NCBI GenBank assembly: GCA_040285855.1
Contig: JAUFOQ010000010.1
Span: forward strand, 1,736,001 to 1,800,000
Direction: 5' to 3'
Origin: Eukaryota sp. GEM-RC1
Lineage: Eukaryota
DNA: 64,000 bases
The notes beneath the pieces are model-generated. The model was not told where the DNA came from, did not search any database, and saw only the letters and a program-made list of their open reading frames with translations. The position numbers and the translations under genes were made by a program. Each line of letters starts with the position of its first letter. Position 1 is the first letter of the stretch. Positions 61,301 to 64,000 of this stretch are shown piece after piece.

Positions 61301-63875
61301 TATTGAAGATGCGAGAGATGAACCTGAACCTGACCTTTGGACTAAAATTCAAACTACTAAAATTGAATTGCCAGACTGGAAGAATTTTTTTACGTTGAAA
61401 TCAATGGAACAAGTGTTATCTATGATGACGATTAGGGACGGAAGACTTGTAAACAATCAGAATCATATTAGGACTGTACAAGAATCGTTAACAAACATAA
61501 TTTCTAACACAAATGATGGCTCAACTCAAAATCAGTTTGCTCAACATTTCTTGATGCATTACATTCCTCGTTTAGAACTAGCTGCTGATTCCGTTGGACT
61601 TGATAGGATTGTGTTTCCCAGTAGTCATCGTTTATCTCGTATATTGCATTACATGGCTACTGAAATTATAACAAATTACAAGACTAACATGAGTGAACAC
61701 TTTCACGAATATGTTTTTCAGGTATTAAATTTGGTTACCCTGAAAAAAGATAGACTTAACAAGCTTACTGATAAGAATCAACGACAAGAGTTGTGTACAA
61801 AGCTTAATGAAGTCAGACAGTTGATCATTAATGGGGAAATTTCAAAAATTAATTTTCAAGATGTTGAAGTGTTTCCTGATCCCAATTCTAGACTGAGTTT
61901 ACTATTTTTTAACTATTTGTTTACTTTTTTTGAAGGTAAAATGGAGAAAACAATCTATTATGCTGAAAAAGTAGATCCTTTGAAATTCTTAAGTCATGCA
62001 GTGTATTTGAAACGTCTTGTTGAGGACTCTTGTCCTGGTGTTACTGCCAATAATCCTTTTCCTCTAACAAAATCACTGATTCCTAATCATATCAGATTGG
62101 ATACTACATGGTTTAAAGAAGTTTATGCATCAGAAATGAAAGGTAGCTTTGATGACGTTCGAAAAGATATTTGGCACTCAGTTTTGAAACCAAAGTGTCT
62201 TCCAAAGTCATTGTCTCATGACTTCAAATACAGTTCTATTTCTACAGATGGAGTTAGCTGTAGTTTAATGATGATGCGGAAAGATCTGCTTGATGGGAGA
62301 GGAAATCCTCATAAGAAGGTGAAAGCAGTTGACTACACAGCTACTGAAAGGTACATTGATTCTTTGAGTTCCACAGAAATTCAAAACTTAAATTTGAAAT
62401 CCAAAAGAATTGTTGCTATTGATCCTAATCAGCATGATTTGATGTATTGTGCTTCTTTAAAATCTGAGGAGGAAAAGAAAATCGAAGGTTTCGATACATC
62501 AGCCAATCTCAGAAGAAGAAAGATTTCTCCAAAATCATCAAAGAAAAAAGGAAGCTTGAAAAAATTAAAAAAAGAATTGAAGGATTGGAAAGACGCACCC
62601 ACTATTGACAAACCATCAACTGTCAAGTTGAAAAATCGTGATGATTGGAAAGTATTCAGATACACTGCTGGGGAGCGCAAAGCAGATATGAACAAGTCTC
62701 CATGGAAAAGAAAAAAACAAAGAAGGAAAGAAAAAGAGCTAAGAGAAAGAAGAGGAAGCTGGAGAAGAAAATAAGACGATATAATCTCCACCGTTTGACT
62801 GAATCTGAACGGTTACAACAATACTCTACCCAATTTATTCACATTCCAGATGGCAGACGCATTGACATAAATGGGCAACAAATTTTAGATCAATGGGGCT
62901 CTAACTCGCCAGGTAGTAAATCTTGTGATTTGACTCTGTATTCTGCTTTTGTTCTTGGTAAAGAAATTACCTGTTCTTTACTACGATCACCCACTACTGA
63001 TCAAAGAACTACAGAAGGAATTTACGAAGAAAAGTGGTTTAGGAGGAATCGTCTCACACAATATTCAAGAAAGGAACGAAGTGAGAAAAACATGCTTCAC
63101 AGATTTGCTCTCCAGTTTGGAAACCCAGATGAAGTCGTTGTTGGGTATGGAGACTGGAACGACACTGCTTTTCGTCGAAGAAGAGGTAAAGCATCGACTG
63201 TAAAAGGTGCTTCAATTCGGAAATTACTGAGAAAATTTGGATTTAAAGTGTTCCTAGTTGATGAATTTAAGACCAGCAAATGTTGCTCTGCATGTGTTTC
63301 CAGAAACGACGAAGGTATCTGTTCCAATCCTGAAAGGATAAAAGTCACTGATCCTCATTGGAAGAAGAAGTTACAGAAGGAAGAGAAAAGAATTAAAAAA
63401 GGAAATTATGGAACACAATCTATTAGAAGAAAATGAAAATCGAAATTTTACCGAAGAATGGACAGACCAGTTGCAATTTTCGAAAGACAGATTAAAGAAC
63501 AACAAAGTCTCACCATGGGGCTTAGTTGAATGTGCTAAATGTCATGTCCTCTGGAATAGAGACTTCAATTCTGCTATTAATATTTACAATATTGTAAATG
63601 GAACCATTCAAGGTCAAGGTAGACCTGCCATCCTCGAGAGACCAAAATCTCAAACAACACCTGTCGTGGATGGCGGGAATACAGATCAGATTCCTAAGAA
63701 AAAGACTGTGAGTAAGGGTAAGGGTAAAGCAAAACGTCCTCTAACAAAAGTCAGAGGTCCTAACAAGTGTCGTATATGTTCTCAACCTGGACATAACAAA
63801 ACAACTTGTCCAAATAAGCCTAAGAAAGATGTACCCAAGGACTCACACGTAAACCAGAAAGATCAGGAATCTTGA
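58349..63875 (+). CDS. Polyprotein (~1,840 codons): repeat leader - 2A - Ulp1 (C48) protease - linker - Fanzor1-type RuvC nuclease - CCHC knuckle; four 1-nt shifts
   Basis: Overlapping ORFs 58349..58687, 58687..60213, frame open 60114..62774, 62645..63436, 63408..63875; Ulp1 YHWGLAIID...FIDPM...QSANDCGVYV; Fanzor motifs listed in the next feature. Confidence 0.75.
58382..58796 (+). repeat. 3 x ~165-bp tandem repeat in the Fanzor leader, each with a ~20-bp hairpin stem
   Basis: Units start 58382, 58547, 58711; ctgtccttatctgactcaact pairs with agttgagtttagataaggacag around actgt-ttccattgc-acggt. Confidence 0.95.
58873..58923 (+). other. 2A/StopGo ribosomal skipping peptide FPKDLTADGDIESNPG|P
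   Basis: Exact D(V/I)ExNPGP consensus, in frame immediately before the Ulp1 domain. Confidence 0.88.
60999..63640 (+). CDS. Fz1: Fanzor1 (eukaryotic TnpB homolog) nuclease core within the polyprotein
   Basis: MKVVKKRL...V.RAH....TLFLK; FPLTKSLIPNHIRLDT; ISTDGVSCS; RuvC-I VAIDPN (D at 62421); FRYT; GYGDW; rearranged RuvC-II VDEFKTSKCCSAC (E at 63263); CAKC..WNRDFNSAINI (D at 63561); GRPAILER. Confidence 0.9.
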
Positions 63876-63943
63876 ATCTATGAAGTTAGCTCGTCTTAAA
63901 AGACTTTGCGAATGAGGACATTTATTTGTTCAAACTGTGAGTT

Positions 63944-63979
63944 TTGCTCATGAGTTTGCTTACGAGCTTGCTCATGAGA
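63944..63979. repeat. Three 12-bp tandem units (ttgctcatgagt / ttgcttacgagc / ttgctcatgaga) containing the palindrome ctcatgag, 3' of the Fanzor ORF
   Basis: Read directly from the sequence. Confidence 0.7.
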
Positions 63980-64000
63980 TCATGAAAATGTGAAGGGTTA

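Noticed and set aside
60110..63410. Programmed ribosomal frameshifting in the Fanzor polyprotein
   Set aside because: Shifts are of mixed sign, lack canonical slippery heptamers, and the same kind of homopolymer indel occurs in host genes and between the palindrome arms; assembly error or decay is more parsimonious
48659..63875. Endogenised RNA virus or retrotransposon (suggested by 2A peptides and knuckles)
   Set aside because: No RdRp, reverse transcriptase, integrase or capsid motifs recognised; genes lie on both strands; helicase is cellular DEAH/RHA-type

Overview
AT-rich eukaryotic (probably protist) genomic DNA, standard genetic code, with at least one short 32-nt GT-AG intron. Many single-base frameshifts sit in homopolymers and look like long-read assembly errors. 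Left part (1-38 kb): two large paralogous Cys-rich-N-terminus/LRR genes plus fragments, decayed RLE-type non-LTR retrotransposon pieces, a nested cluster of four DNA transposons (hAT-like and pogo-like, TIRs and TSDs readable), a ~5,600-codon type-I membrane/surface protein gene, a DD34E IS630/Tc1-type element with a second cargo ORF, and a pogo-like MITE. Right part (38-64 kb) holds the main finding: a large cargo-rich element without a visible transposase. It encodes a USP (C19) deubiquitinase, a DEAH RNA-helicase polyprotein, a stand-alone Ulp1 (C48) protease, and a ~1,840-codon polyprotein in which a second Ulp1 protease is fused to a Fanzor1-type (eukaryotic TnpB) RuvC nuclease with a C-terminal CCHC knuckle. 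Both polyproteins start with a homologous leader: three tandem repeats, each folding into a long hairpin with a shared apical motif, followed by a 2A StopGo peptide (D[V/I]ExNPGP). The first ~7 kb of the element is duplicated as a giant palindrome (88-bp spacer). The palindrome centre is a shuffled collage of short, diverged fragments of the element's own genes (including Fanzor) and a host LRR gene.
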